Positions 49,424 through 59,111 of a DNA stretch of 64,000 nt are shown in pieces. The translations under genes were made by a program, and so were the position numbers. Source of the DNA: a bacterium (lineage in GTDB: Bacteria > SAR324 > XYD2-FULL-50-16); NCBI GenBank assembly GCA_032250835.1, contig JAVVEA010000008.1:64001-128000 (forward strand), given 5' to 3'. Position 1 is the first letter of the stretch, and every line of letters starts with the position of its first letter. The notes beneath the pieces were generated by a model. It had not been told where the DNA came from, did not search any database, and worked only from the letters and a program-made list of their open reading frames with translations.

Positions 49424-50707
49424 ATGAATCATTTTACCTTAAAATCCATGAAATCATACGCCAACCCGATCTTTTGGGCCTTGCTCGTCGCCTGGGGCTT
49501 GGGCTCCTGTTCGGCCCCACAGGCCTCGCTATTCGAGGTCCAGCGCCCTGCCAAGATTGCCTTGGATGCGCGCCTAAAGACCCTCTTTATCGACCCTGCC
49601 TCCTTTGACGGGACCAATGACCGCTTAGGGCTCAAAGACGCGCTGCTGCAACGCCTTAAATCCGATATTGAGCGCCAAGGACGCTTTAAGGTGGTGCTGG
49701 GCAAGGTCGCCGGAGTGGACCTGAACCTAGAGCCGGTGGCGGTGATTCAAGGATCGGTAACCAGTAAAGAAGGCAGCGAAACGGGCCAGTTTACCGAAAT
49801 AGCCACCTGCGAAGGCGGCTTGGGCGGTCTGGCGGCGGGGCTTTCGCAGATTGACAAAAAACAAGGGGTGACGGTTAGCCAGCGGGGTCTGATCTGCCGT
49901 AGCGGGGACAACACCGAAAGCGCGGTACTCAGCGCCGGAATCGGTATGTTGACCAGTATGGCCACCGGTGAGAAACAACGAGTTCCGCCCAAGGACTCGG
50001 TAGTGCGGGTTTACCGCTATAAAAACCTAAACTTTTACGCCCAGTTGGATATTTCGGTGACCTACGTAGGGCAGGACCGCCGTACCCTGACGATTGCTTC
50101 TGAGTCCTCCAACTTTTCGCGTCATTTGGTCCAACCGGCAGTCAACGTGCATGATACCAGTATAGGGATCGGCGCTTTGGGTGTAGCTTTAGGCGCGCCG
50201 GTTTTTCCGGTGGTGATCGAGCAGGTAGCACTGGCCCAAGGCAGCAACCCCGGCCACGCCGAGGGCCGCTGGACTGGGGTGCGGGCCGAAGCCTGGGAAA
50301 AACGGGATCTACCGCCCGATGAACGGGCCGAAGTGATCTCTCAGTTGGTACGCCGGATCGTGCAGCCCGTGATGCGCCGGGTCACGCCTTACAAAGAGAC
50401 AATAGAGGCCCAAGTGGCCCCAGGTGGCTCGGTGGAGGTGGAACCTTTGCTGGTTCAGGGGCAATGGAAGGAGGTCAAAGACCGTTTGGCGGGCCTCCAG
50501 AAGAAAACCCCGGCAGATTTGTATAATTTGGGCTTGGCCTTTGAAGGCGGTGCCGCCAGCGAAGCCGACTATGTACAGGCCCAAGAATATTACCGGCAGG
50601 CCTTAGAGGCCGAAGAAAACAAAATCTTCGCCGAAGGGATTGGCCGGATGGAGCGCCGACTGGCAGAGACCAGAGCGCTTAAGGATCAAATGGAGGTCAA
50701 AGGATGA
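49424..50707 (+). CDS. Lipoprotein with CsgG-like N-domain and C-terminal TPR (paralog 1)
   Basis: Lipobox LGSC, QRPA, DLYNLGLAFE; true start may be ATG 49448. Confidence 0.7.
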   Translation: MNHFTLKSMKSYANPIFWALLVAWGLGSCSAPQASLFEVQRPAKIALDARLKTLFIDPASFDGTNDRLGLKDALLQRLKSDIERQGRFKVVLGKVAGVDLNLEPVAVIQGSVTSKEGSETGQFTEIATCEGGLGGLAAGLSQIDKKQGVTVSQRGLICRSGDNTESAVLSAGIGMLTSMATGEKQRVPPKDSVVRVYRYKNLNFYAQLDISVTYVGQDRRTLTIASESSNFSRHLVQPAVNVHDTSIGIGALGVALGAPVFPVVIEQVALAQGSNPGHAEGRWTGVRAEAWEKRDLPPDERAEVISQLVRRIVQPVMRRVTPYKETIEAQVAPGGSVEVEPLLVQGQWKEVKDRLAGLQKKTPADLYNLGLAFEGGAASEADYVQAQEYYRQALEAEENKIFAEGIGRMERRLAETRALKDQMEVKG

Positions 50708-51840
50708 GCCGATTTACCTGGGGACTTTTGGCTTTGGGCTTCTTGGCGGCCTCCTGCGCCCCGCAGGTCCAGTTAAAAACCTTGCGCCCCGCTGAAGTGG
50801 ATACGGGCGGCATCCGCCGGGTGGCGGTGGGCCCCTTTGAAATAATGGGGCTCAATGAGCGGCTCCAAAGCGAACGCAACGGCCAATGGACCACCCAACC
50901 GGTCCAGTTAAGCGCCGCCCAGAAACAAGCCCTATCGGACCAAATCCGGGCTCAGGTGGTCGCGCGGCTGGCGGCTACGCCTTATTATGAACTGATCTAC
51001 ACCGACGAGTTTGCCGCTTTAGATAGCGACGAAAAGCTGCAAGCAGTGATTGCGGCGGCGGGCTATAGAGACCGGCAGACCCAGGCGGTGATCAGCGGCC
51101 GGGTCTGGATTGAGTTGGTCAAAACCGACGGGGCGATGCCCAAAAAGACAGAGATGGATTTTGTGGCCGGTGGCCGCAGTGACCTGTCGCTGTCTGTAGA
51201 AAAAATGGTTTGGTGGCCCTATAAAGCGTTGCGCGGGAACTTGACCTTAGAACTGAAGATGACCCAACTGGTGCCTACCGAGGTTGTTGCCGCCAGTATC
51301 GACACCCGGCGCTACGCCCACCGCATCGGCGGTGAGCCCTTAGACTTTCTCGACCAAATCCGCAATGTTGCCCAGGATATGGGCGAAGGGGGCGGCGAGG
51401 CCGAAGAATCTCAGTTTAATGTGATTGAGGGCTCCGATCAGGTGCTGCCCAGCTTTGAACAATTAACGGGCATCTTGGCCGCTTCGGTGGCCACCGACTT
51501 TATCCGCAAGATTTCGGTTACCGAAAGCCGTCAGGCCCTAAGTGTGGCCACCGGCGGGGACCAGCGGGGCAAACTGTTGGTGGAGGCCGGTGCTTATGGG
51601 ATGGCCATTGACCGTTTGCAGCAGGTCACGGCCCAAGCACCCCAAGGGGACGATCTTTACAATCTGGGCTTGGCCTATGAGGCGAGCGGGGAATATGGCT
51701 TGGCTCGTTTGACCTACCGAGAAGCGCTAAAACTACAGGGCGAAAATCCCCTCTACGCCCAGGGCCTGGGACGGATCGAGCGGATGTTGCGGCAAAAGCC
51801 CAGACTGCGAAGCCAGCTAAGCGACAAGGGGACTAAATGA
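50704..51840 (+). CDS. Lipoprotein with CsgG-like N-domain and C-terminal TPR (paralog 2)
   Basis: Lipobox AASC, LRPAEV, RRVAVGPF, DLYNLGLAYE; ATGA overlap. Confidence 0.7.
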   Translation: MSRFTWGLLALGFLAASCAPQVQLKTLRPAEVDTGGIRRVAVGPFEIMGLNERLQSERNGQWTTQPVQLSAAQKQALSDQIRAQVVARLAATPYYELIYTDEFAALDSDEKLQAVIAAAGYRDRQTQAVISGRVWIELVKTDGAMPKKTEMDFVAGGRSDLSLSVEKMVWWPYKALRGNLTLELKMTQLVPTEVVAASIDTRRYAHRIGGEPLDFLDQIRNVAQDMGEGGGEAEESQFNVIEGSDQVLPSFEQLTGILAASVATDFIRKISVTESRQALSVATGGDQRGKLLVEAGAYGMAIDRLQQVTAQAPQGDDLYNLGLAYEASGEYGLARLTYREALKLQGENPLYAQGLGRIERMLRQKPRLRSQLSDKGTK

Positions 51841-52958
51841 AATATTTATGGGTGATCCTGGGCCTAGCCCTGCTTTCGGGCTGTGCGCCAGACCTGACCA
51901 TTTACGCCACCAAGCCCGGAAAACTGCAGTTAGACCAGATCGAATATTTGGTGGTGGAGCCCTTCGAGGACCAAACCGGGGTGGTTATCGACCTGCCCCA
52001 AGGACTGAACGTAAAATCCAATGCGGCCCTAGGCCCGCTTTTGCGTGCCCAGGTTTTAAAAGGCCTGTCCAGCGGGGGGCAATATCGCTTGCTTCCGGAC
52101 CACAAGGGCCTTCAGGGGGTCCAGCCGGCTTTGGGTAAGGTGGCGATCCTGCGGGCCAAGCTGGCCTATTTTGAAATGGAGCGACAAGGCGGGGACCAAC
52201 AGTTCCATGTCTTTTTGGCCAAAAAGACCAACACCCAATCGGTCGGCGAATTGCTGGCGGTCACCGCCGGTTCGGCCATTGCTTCGAGCGCCGAACGCTC
52301 GGGCAAAGGCTTTAAGGTAGCGCACCCCTATGTGGAACGCGCCGCCGCCTTGCAGGTTACCTTCTTGTTGGTGTCGGCCCTAGACGGGGAACCTTTAGCT
52401 GCGCCGATCACTAAAAACCTGCACTTCCACAAAAAGTGGGGCGGAACTGAGGGTTCTTCGATGTTAGATCCCGACCTTGAGGCGGCTTTTGGGGTAGACA
52501 ACCTTAACGTTGAGGACCTCTGGGCTGAGTTGGGTCAGGTGGACGACCGTTTGCGCATGAAGACCCAAAACCCCGATGAATATATTGCCAAGGGGTATCA
52601 CCTCAAAGAGGACGTTAAAGTGCCTTTGCTGTTGAGTGACCTGCGGGCCCGGTTGAGCCGCGAGGCCGCACAGGCCTTGACCCAACAGATCAGCCAGCAT
52701 CAGGTTCCCTTCGCCTTGGACTTGAGCGGTGGTGACGGCGTGGCCATTAATTTGATCAAAGGTGGGGCCTTTAACGAGGCGATCAACCGGCTAGAAGCCC
52801 TGCCCGCGCCTTTGGATGCAGGGGATCAATATAACCTGGGGGTAGCCTATGAGGCGATGGGCGAGTATGCCCAGGCGCGGCGCAAGTACGGCGCGGGCTT
52901 GGACGCCGATCCGGGCTCCTCATTGTTTAAACAGGCCTTGCAACGGGTACAGAACTGA
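51837..52958 (+). CDS. Lipoprotein with CsgG-like N-domain and C-terminal TPR (paralog 3)
   Basis: Lipobox LSGC, TKPGKL, YLVVEPF, DQYNLGVAYE; ATGA overlap. Confidence 0.7.
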   Translation: MKYLWVILGLALLSGCAPDLTIYATKPGKLQLDQIEYLVVEPFEDQTGVVIDLPQGLNVKSNAALGPLLRAQVLKGLSSGGQYRLLPDHKGLQGVQPALGKVAILRAKLAYFEMERQGGDQQFHVFLAKKTNTQSVGELLAVTAGSAIASSAERSGKGFKVAHPYVERAAALQVTFLLVSALDGEPLAAPITKNLHFHKKWGGTEGSSMLDPDLEAAFGVDNLNVEDLWAELGQVDDRLRMKTQNPDEYIAKGYHLKEDVKVPLLLSDLRARLSREAAQALTQQISQHQVPFALDLSGGDGVAINLIKGGAFNEAINRLEALPAPLDAGDQYNLGVAYEAMGEYAQARRKYGAGLDADPGSSLFKQALQRVQN

Positions 52959-52968
52959 GTTTTTTCGG

Positions 52969-52997
52969 TTGACTGGCTTTGGGGATTGTCCCATAAT
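52969..52997 (+). promoter_or_regulatory. Sigma70 promoter of rpsA
   Basis: TTGACT-N17-CATAAT; the following leader has no obvious Shine-Dalgarno, as is common for rpsA. Confidence 0.7.
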
Positions 52998-53050
52998 TCC
53001 CTTTTTACACCCCGGTCTTTGCGCCTATTCGCGCCAAGGCCTTGTAACCT

Positions 53051-54799
53051 ATGTCAACCATTCAGCTTCAACCTCCACCGATGACCGTAAACCAAACTAA
53101 ACTCGACACGAAAGTCCAATTCCTCGACGAGGAAATTGATTTCGACGCTATGGTCGAAGCCAATCTGGCCAACCTGAACGAAAGCGAAATCGTTCATGGT
53201 AAAATCACCAAGATTGGTAAGGACTTCGTAACCGTCGATTTCGGCTACAAATCTGAGGGCCAGATCCCCCGCCAGGAATTCTACAACGCCGAAGGCGAAT
53301 TGGAAGCCAACCTGGGTGATGATGTCGAAATCTATGTCGATAAATTCGAAGACGAAGACGGACAGGTCGTCGTTTCAAAAGAAAAAGCCGTCAAACTCCG
53401 TGTTTGGGAAGACGTCGGCGAAGTCTACGAAAAAGATGGCACCGTTTCGGGTATCATTACGGCCCGCATCAAAGGCGGTCTCTCGGTGGATATTGGCATC
53501 AAGGCATTCCTCCCCGGCTCTCAGGTGGACCTGCGCCCCGTGCGCAACCTGGACAAGCTGATCGGCGAGCGTTTCGACTTCAAAATCCTCAAGTACAACC
53601 CCAAGCGCGGCAACATCGTTTTGTCTCGCCGGGCTATCCTCGAGGCGGACCGCGCAGAACAGCGCAAGAAGACCCTGGAATTGTTGACCGAAGGTGCGTT
53701 GATCAAAGGCCACGTCAAGAACATCACCGATTACGGTATCTTCGTGGATCTGGGTGGCGTCGACGGCTTGCTGCACATCACCGACATGACCTGGGGCCGC
53801 ATTGTGCACCCCTCGGAGATGTACAACATTGGCGACGAGATCGAAGTGTTGGTGCTTAAGTTTGACGAGCGCGAAGAGAAAGTCTCTCTGGGCCTCAAGC
53901 AGAAGTCCAAGAATCCTTGGGACGAAGTGGCCAGCAAGTTCCCTGTGGGAACCGAAGTCAACGGTAAGGTGGTCAGCTTGACTAACTACGGTGCCTTCAT
54001 CGAGATCGAAGAAGGTGTCGAAGGTTTGATCCACGTCTCCGAAATGTCTTGGACCAAAAAAGTTCGCCAGCCCTCGAGCGTGGTCAACCTAGGTGACGAG
54101 ATCAGCGCGGTGATCAAAGAATTGGATGTGGAAAACCGCCGCATCAGCCTTTCGATGAAAGAAGCTATGTCGAACCCCTGGAAGGAAGTGGCCGATGCCA
54201 AGCCGACCGGTTCGATGGTCAAAGGGGTGATCCGCAACATCACCGACTTCGGTATCTTTGTCGGCCTCGACGAAGGAATCGACGGCTTGGTGCACGTTTC
54301 GGACATGTCCTGGTCTACTCGCCAGCGCAACCCTCACGACCTCTACAAAAAAGGTGACGAGATCGACGTTAAGATCTTGAACATCGACGTAGACAACCAG
54401 CGCCTCTCTTTGGGCATCAAGCAGCTTGAAGAAGATCCCTGGGAGCACATCGAAGACGAAGTCCAGGAAGGGGACGAGGTCTTGGGCCAAGTGGTCCACG
54501 TGGCCGACTTCGGCGTGTTTGTTGAGATCAAGGCCGGTGTAGAAGGTTTGGTGCATGTTAGCGAACTGGACAAGGACGTAGCCAAGAAATTGGAGCAGTT
54601 CTATCCCGTAGGCAGCCAAATCCAGGCTAAAGTGATCAACATCAAGCCTGCTGAGCGTCGCTTGGGTCTGTCGGTAACCGGTTTGATCGGTGAAGACGGC
54701 TCCATGACCCCGATTAGCGAGTTGATCGCCCAGGCTCAGGCCGAAACCAGTAGCGAAGCCGCCGCCGCTCCCGCTGGCAAAGAGGAAGGCGAAGAGTAA
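53051..54799 (+). CDS. rpsA: 30S ribosomal protein S1
   Basis: Six S1 repeats (AFLPGSQVD, DYGIFVDLGGVDGLLH, GLIHVSEMSW); strongly biased codon usage. Confidence 0.98.
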   Translation: MSTIQLQPPPMTVNQTKLDTKVQFLDEEIDFDAMVEANLANLNESEIVHGKITKIGKDFVTVDFGYKSEGQIPRQEFYNAEGELEANLGDDVEIYVDKFEDEDGQVVVSKEKAVKLRVWEDVGEVYEKDGTVSGIITARIKGGLSVDIGIKAFLPGSQVDLRPVRNLDKLIGERFDFKILKYNPKRGNIVLSRRAILEADRAEQRKKTLELLTEGALIKGHVKNITDYGIFVDLGGVDGLLHITDMTWGRIVHPSEMYNIGDEIEVLVLKFDEREEKVSLGLKQKSKNPWDEVASKFPVGTEVNGKVVSLTNYGAFIEIEEGVEGLIHVSEMSWTKKVRQPSSVVNLGDEISAVIKELDVENRRISLSMKEAMSNPWKEVADAKPTGSMVKGVIRNITDFGIFVGLDEGIDGLVHVSDMSWSTRQRNPHDLYKKGDEIDVKILNIDVDNQRLSLGIKQLEEDPWEHIEDEVQEGDEVLGQVVHVADFGVFVEIKAGVEGLVHVSELDKDVAKKLEQFYPVGSQIQAKVINIKPAERRLGLSVTGLIGEDGSMTPISELIAQAQAETSSEAAAAPAGKEEGEE

Positions 54800-54821
54800 G
54801 CGACTTAGCTTATAGAGTAAG

Positions 54822-54859
54822 AAAGGCGGCCCTCCGAACGGAGGGCCGCCTTTTTTTTT
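54822..54859 (+). terminator. Rho-independent terminator of rpsA
   Basis: AAAGGCGGCCCTCC-gaac-GGAGGGCCGCC followed by T9. Confidence 0.92.
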
Positions 54860-54862
54860 GCT

Positions 54863-55377
54863 CGCCAAGCAGCACCGAACGAAGTGAGGGCTGCGGGCGT
54901 AGCGACGCGAGCCGGCGGCGGTTGCCCAGCCTAAAACTGTTGGCGAAGCCAACATCCCCATAAAAATCTTCATCCAGGTTGATAGCTCCGAGGCCGCAGG
55001 CCGAGGGCGACGTGTGTGACAACGCGAGCCGGCGGCGGTCGCGCAGCCAAAGCCAACACTCCTTATTTACAGGCTCATTGGAAGCACGAAGCTACCGGAA
55101 GAATAAAAGAGATGGGATTACTTTCTTTGGCACACTAAGGAGCTTCGAGGCCGTAGGCCGAGGGCGACGTGTGTGACAACGCGAGCCGGCGAGTGTTGCG
55201 CAGCCTAAACAGTTGGCGAAGCCAACACCCATTGAAAAGTAACAAAGAAACCTGCCCTCGACCTTCGCGCTCAAGACCCCTTAGCCTCACTCGCTAAAAG
55301 CCAAAAACTCGCCCCGCCAAGCAGCACCGAACGAAGTGAGGGCTGCGGCCTCAAAGCTTCTTGGCGAGGCGCGAGCC
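54863..55377. repeat. Array of four degenerate hairpin-rich repeat modules (REP-like or attC-remnant-like)
   Basis: Identical 34-mer at 54863-54896 and 55315-55348; 51-mer with 2 differences at 54984 and 55141; CGCGAGCC in all four modules; GTTGGCGAAGCCAAC twice. Confidence 0.8.
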
Positions 55378-55391
55378 CAGGAAATAGGGAC

Positions 55392-56369
55392 TCAGCCCCT
55401 TTGGGATTCTTGCTGTTGCCAGTCCCAGGCACTCTGGATGATCTGCTTTAGGTCCGTATATTCAGGCTTCCAGCCTAAGACCTCTTGGGCCTTTTGGTAA
55501 TCGGAAATCAAGCTTGGCGGGTCGCCGGGTCGCCGGGGGGCTTGGTTGACCTTAAATTGCCGCCCCGAAACCTGGGCAACGGCTTGTACCATCTCTTTAA
55601 CCGAAAAGCCTTGATTACAGCCTAGGTTAAAGATCTCGGACTGGTCGTTGGCAAGCAGCCATTTTAAGGCCAACTGGTGGGCCCGGGCTAAATCGGAGAC
55701 GTGGATATAATCGCGCACACAGGTTCCGTCGGCGGTGTCATAATCGTCGCCGAAGATCGAAAAGCTTTCGCGCTGGCCTAAGGCTGTTTCAATCGCCAAG
55801 GGAATGGCGTGGGTTTCCGGCAGATGCCGCTCGCCGACTTCCAGTTCTGGGTCCGCCCCGGCAGCGTTGAAGTAACGCAAGATCGCATAGTTGAGGCCAT
55901 AAGCTTGCTGGTAATCGATCAGTAATTGTTCGATCATCCGCTTGGTGCGGCCGTATGGATTGATCGGGTCAGGCGGTTCCGCTTCGCTGATAGGTATCTG
56001 GCTAGGTTGACCATAGATGGCGCAGGTCGAAGAAAAGATGATCTTGTCGACCCCGTGGTTGCGCATGGCACTTAGCAGGTTAAAACTCCCCACCACGTTG
56101 TTGTCGTAATACTTTTGCGGATCTTCGAAGGACTCCCCCACGTAGGCCTTAGCGGCAAAGTGGATCACCGCAGAGATAGGGTATGCGCCAAATACTTGCT
56201 CTAGGGCTGCGGGATCGCGCAGGTCACCTTCAAAGCATTGGCCCCATTTTAAGAAGTCCCGGTGCCCGGTGCTGAAGTTGTCGAAAACTAGGCAATCTTG
56301 GCCTGAATTAGCCAGCAATTTGAGGGTATGGCTGCCAATGTAGCCCGCGCCTCCGGTGATCAAGATCAT
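55392..56369 (-). CDS. galE: UDP-glucose 4-epimerase
   Basis: GGAGYIGSH, HFAA, FSSTCAIYG, YGRTK, LRYFNAAGA, DGTCVRDYIHV. Confidence 0.95.
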   Translation of the reverse strand: MILITGGAGYIGSHTLKLLANSGQDCLVFDNFSTGHRDFLKWGQCFEGDLRDPAALEQVFGAYPISAVIHFAAKAYVGESFEDPQKYYDNNVVGSFNLLSAMRNHGVDKIIFSSTCAIYGQPSQIPISEAEPPDPINPYGRTKRMIEQLLIDYQQAYGLNYAILRYFNAAGADPELEVGERHLPETHAIPLAIETALGQRESFSIFGDDYDTADGTCVRDYIHVSDLARAHQLALKWLLANDQSEIFNLGCNQGFSVKEMVQAVAQVSGRQFKVNQAPRRPGDPPSLISDYQKAQEVLGWKPEYTDLKQIIQSAWDWQQQESQRG

Positions 56370-57595
56370 GCCGCAAGCTCCGAGAAAAGAGAGATAAAAC
56401 GGTTCATCACCGGTTGGTTGTCATATTGTTCAAAAAAACGCGCTTTGGCCTTTTGGCCCATTTCCTGGCGGCGCTGGGGATTTTCTAAAAGGCTGGCTAT
56501 GGCTTGGGCCAGGGCTTCGGGGTCGTTAGGCGCTATCACCAGACCGGTCTGACCATCGGCGACCTGTTCGGGGATTCCCGCTACCTCCGTGCCGATGATC
56601 GGCTTGCCCAGAATCATGGCCTCTAAATTAGCGTAAGGGAAATCTTCAAAGTCCACCGAAGGCATCAAAAAAAGGTCCGCATCGACAAGATATTCCACCA
56701 CATTGCTGCGGTGGCCCGGCAAATGGACCTTTCCGCTCAACCCTAATTGTTTGATAGAGGCCTCTAAGGGAGCGCGCAGTTCGCCTTCGCCAAAAATAAA
56801 GAGTTGGGCCTCGCCCAACTGTTCTTTGATCCGACCCAGCGCCTCCACCGCCACCTGGTATCCTTTGCGCCAAGTCAAATGACCTGCGGCAACCATTACC
56901 GGAGTTTGGGGGGTTATTCCAAATTCTTGGCGTAGTTTGCCCGGTTGCAGCCTGAGTAAGGCCTCTTGATCCCCCAAGCAGTTGGGCAGATCGCTCCAAA
57001 GCTCAGGGGCAATCCCCCGGTTTTTAATCAACTGCCTACCGGCTGCTTTAGACGCGGTCACCCAGCGGTCTACCGAGCGGCGTACTTGCTCGTCTCGCTG
57101 GTGTTGTGCCGCCCCCTGGGGGCGGGTGGCTAGGTTGTTGATCATCATGACCACGCCCGGAACACCTGCCTGTTTGGCCGCTACCGCTGCGTTCAGACAA
57201 CTGGCTGCGCCGGGGTAGCCGCCGTTGTTGATGAAGACCACATCTGGCCGGTTCTGCTCAAAAAGCTGACGTAAAACCGGTAAATTGGCTTGTTCCAGGC
57301 GGCCCAACCTTTCAGCGGTGACCATCGGCGCTTTGAGTAATTTTTTTAGCAGCTTGGGCAGGTTTTTCTGGTGGATTTTAAAATAGCAGCCATCAAAACT
57401 TTTGATTTTAAGGGGGAGCACTTCAAAGGGCAGCTCTAGCGCTTCGACGCCCCTTCGGTAGGCTTCATGGTCGCGGAAGGCAAACTGCACCTCAAAGGCC
57501 TCAAAGAGTTGTGGGCTTTGGAATAGGTTGGTTAAGACCTTCTCAGAGCCGCCAAAAAGGATGCAGTCTGAATAGACTAAAAGCTTCTTTTTCAT
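56366..57595 (-). CDS. GT4 family glycosyltransferase
   Basis: FGGSEK, KGYQ, GEGE, EDFPYANLEAM, GIPEQV; start more likely ATG 57595 (MKKKLLVY) than 57694. Confidence 0.9.
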   Translation of the reverse strand: MKKKLLVYSDCILFGGSEKVLTNLFQSPQLFEAFEVQFAFRDHEAYRRGVEALELPFEVLPLKIKSFDGCYFKIHQKNLPKLLKKLLKAPMVTAERLGRLEQANLPVLRQLFEQNRPDVVFINNGGYPGAASCLNAAVAAKQAGVPGVVMMINNLATRPQGAAQHQRDEQVRRSVDRWVTASKAAGRQLIKNRGIAPELWSDLPNCLGDQEALLRLQPGKLRQEFGITPQTPVMVAAGHLTWRKGYQVAVEALGRIKEQLGEAQLFIFGEGELRAPLEASIKQLGLSGKVHLPGHRSNVVEYLVDADLFLMPSVDFEDFPYANLEAMILGKPIIGTEVAGIPEQVADGQTGLVIAPNDPEALAQAIASLLENPQRRQEMGQKAKARFFEQYDNQPVMNRFISLFSELAA

Positions 57596-57718
57596 GTCGC
57601 TTAAATGAAAAGGCCGCCAACTGGGGGCTGGCCCCAGAAAGCCTGGGGGCAATGATGCAAGCGCCAGTATGGAGAATTCGGGTGGCAATTGCAACGGCCT
57701 TGCTCAGCGGCAAAGGCG

Positions 57719-58171
57719 CTATTTTTCTTGGCGGCGGCTCAATTCCTTGCTGATTTCCAAAGCCAACTGCTGCGCTTTTTCAGTGATGTCGGCGCGCAAC
57801 CGGTTAAACTGGTGCGGGATCACTGGCTCACGGCCCGTCACCCAGCGCAACGCTTCGGCCCGTTCTTGGGTGAGTGTTAAATGGATTTCTTTGGGGCAGG
57901 TCTCTTCTAAGATGGCTTCAAGAGGCTTGTCACCATATTCTTTGGTGATCTGGGCTTCGATTTTTTGGTAAGAGGATAAGGCCTGTAAAAAGGGCGTTAA
58001 GATGTTTAATAACTGCGCACTGCTGCGTCCTTCAACGGCTAGGTCGCGGTGCTGGTGGTAAAACTCAAAGACCGCCAGCTCATAGTCCACCTGCAAGACC
58101 GCACGGCAGGACAGGGCCCAGACCGGCAGGGCCCAGAAAATCAATAACAACGTCAAGAGATAGCGGCCCAT
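57719..58171 (-). CDS. Secreted helical hypothetical protein
   Basis: Signal peptide (VWA), GGAG RBS, two Cys. Confidence 0.6.
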   Translation of the reverse strand: MGRYLLTLLLIFWALPVWALSCRAVLQVDYELAVFEFYHQHRDLAVEGRSSAQLLNILTPFLQALSSYQKIEAQITKEYGDKPLEAILEETCPKEIHLTLTQERAEALRWVTGREPVIPHQFNRLRADITEKAQQLALEISKELSRRQEK

Positions 58172-58274
58172 AAAGCTCCGGTTTGGGGGTGTCTCAACCT
58201 AACCTAGCCGGTCCAAGACTGGCAAGTTGCGCTTGGGCCTTTCTAAGTCCATTCGGCTCTGGTATCTTGAGGAC

Positions 58275-59111
58275 ATGAATCTAACCTTACCACCCGAACG
58301 ATCCCTGGGCCGCTTTGTGGCTCTCTCCTTGGCACTGCACCTGGCTTTGTTGCTGCTTTGGCTCATGGCTCTGCCCCAGCCCGTTGAGCCACCCCAGCGC
58401 TTTGAGGTCCAATGGATCGACCCCCAGGCAACCCGCAAAGAGGCCACCAAGCCCGCACCTAAGCAAGCTCCGCCGACCAAAGAGGCCCCGGCCCCGGCCA
58501 AAAAAGCGGCCCCGGCGGCACCGAAACCGGCCCCTAAGCCCAGCTTAGACCTCAGCCCGGCACCCTTGGGGCTGGCCGGCGGGGGCTTGAGTTTGGGCGG
58601 AGGTGAATTAAACCCCCAGGGGCCCAGTACCCGCCAACTGGGTCGCCCCGGGGCTCCCTCGACCCAAGCAGGGCTCGCCGCCCAGGTGGAACCGGGCAGC
58701 CCCAAGGGCATCCGCGCCGGAAGCCGGGGAGTTGAAGGCAGTGCCCGCGAAGGCGGTGCGCCGATTCGCTCCAAAATTCAGGTAAAAGAAAGGCCTGAAC
58801 AGGGTGGCACTGCGGTCCAGCCCGGTTCGGCAGAAGGCAAAGGGGCCATTGAAGGCGAGGTACGGGGCCGCCCGATCTTATTTAGGCCCGCTGCACCGGC
58901 CTTGAACATCGAACGGGACGTTACCATCACCCTTTCTTTTACGGTGCTACCTGACGGTTCGGTCGAAGCCATTGTGCCTTTGGTCAAGGGGGAGCCTAGC
59001 TTAGAGGCCTTGGCGATTGATCTCTTGAGCCGGTTCCGCTTCGAGCCGATCAACGGCACCACCGCCCAACGAGGGGTGATCCATTTTAAACTGCAACGGC
59101 AGGGGCGTTGA
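58275..59111 (+). CDS. tonB: Energy transducer TonB family protein
   Basis: TM with SLALH (SHLS-type motif), Pro/Lys-rich spacer, C-terminal FTVLPDGSV...RFRFEP; start ATG 58275. Confidence 0.8.
   Translation: MNLTLPPERSLGRFVALSLALHLALLLLWLMALPQPVEPPQRFEVQWIDPQATRKEATKPAPKQAPPTKEAPAPAKKAAPAAPKPAPKPSLDLSPAPLGLAGGGLSLGGGELNPQGPSTRQLGRPGAPSTQAGLAAQVEPGSPKGIRAGSRGVEGSAREGGAPIRSKIQVKERPEQGGTAVQPGSAEGKGAIEGEVRGRPILFRPAAPALNIERDVTITLSFTVLPDGSVEAIVPLVKGEPSLEALAIDLLSRFRFEPINGTTAQRGVIHFKLQRQGR

Noticed and set aside
53375-55274. ORFs 53375..54034, 53404..53859, 54089..54973, 54810..55022, 54979..55176 and 55092..55274
   Set aside because: Shadows of the highly biased rpsA gene, or chance frames crossing the terminator and repeat array.
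54863-55377. Possible CRISPR array
   Set aside because: Repeat modules are about 60-90 bp, of mixed types and degenerate; spacers are uneven (29, 82, 87 bp); no cas genes nearby.
58199-58774. 191-aa minus-strand ORF
   Set aside because: Antisense shadow of the Pro/Ala/Gly-rich TonB linker.
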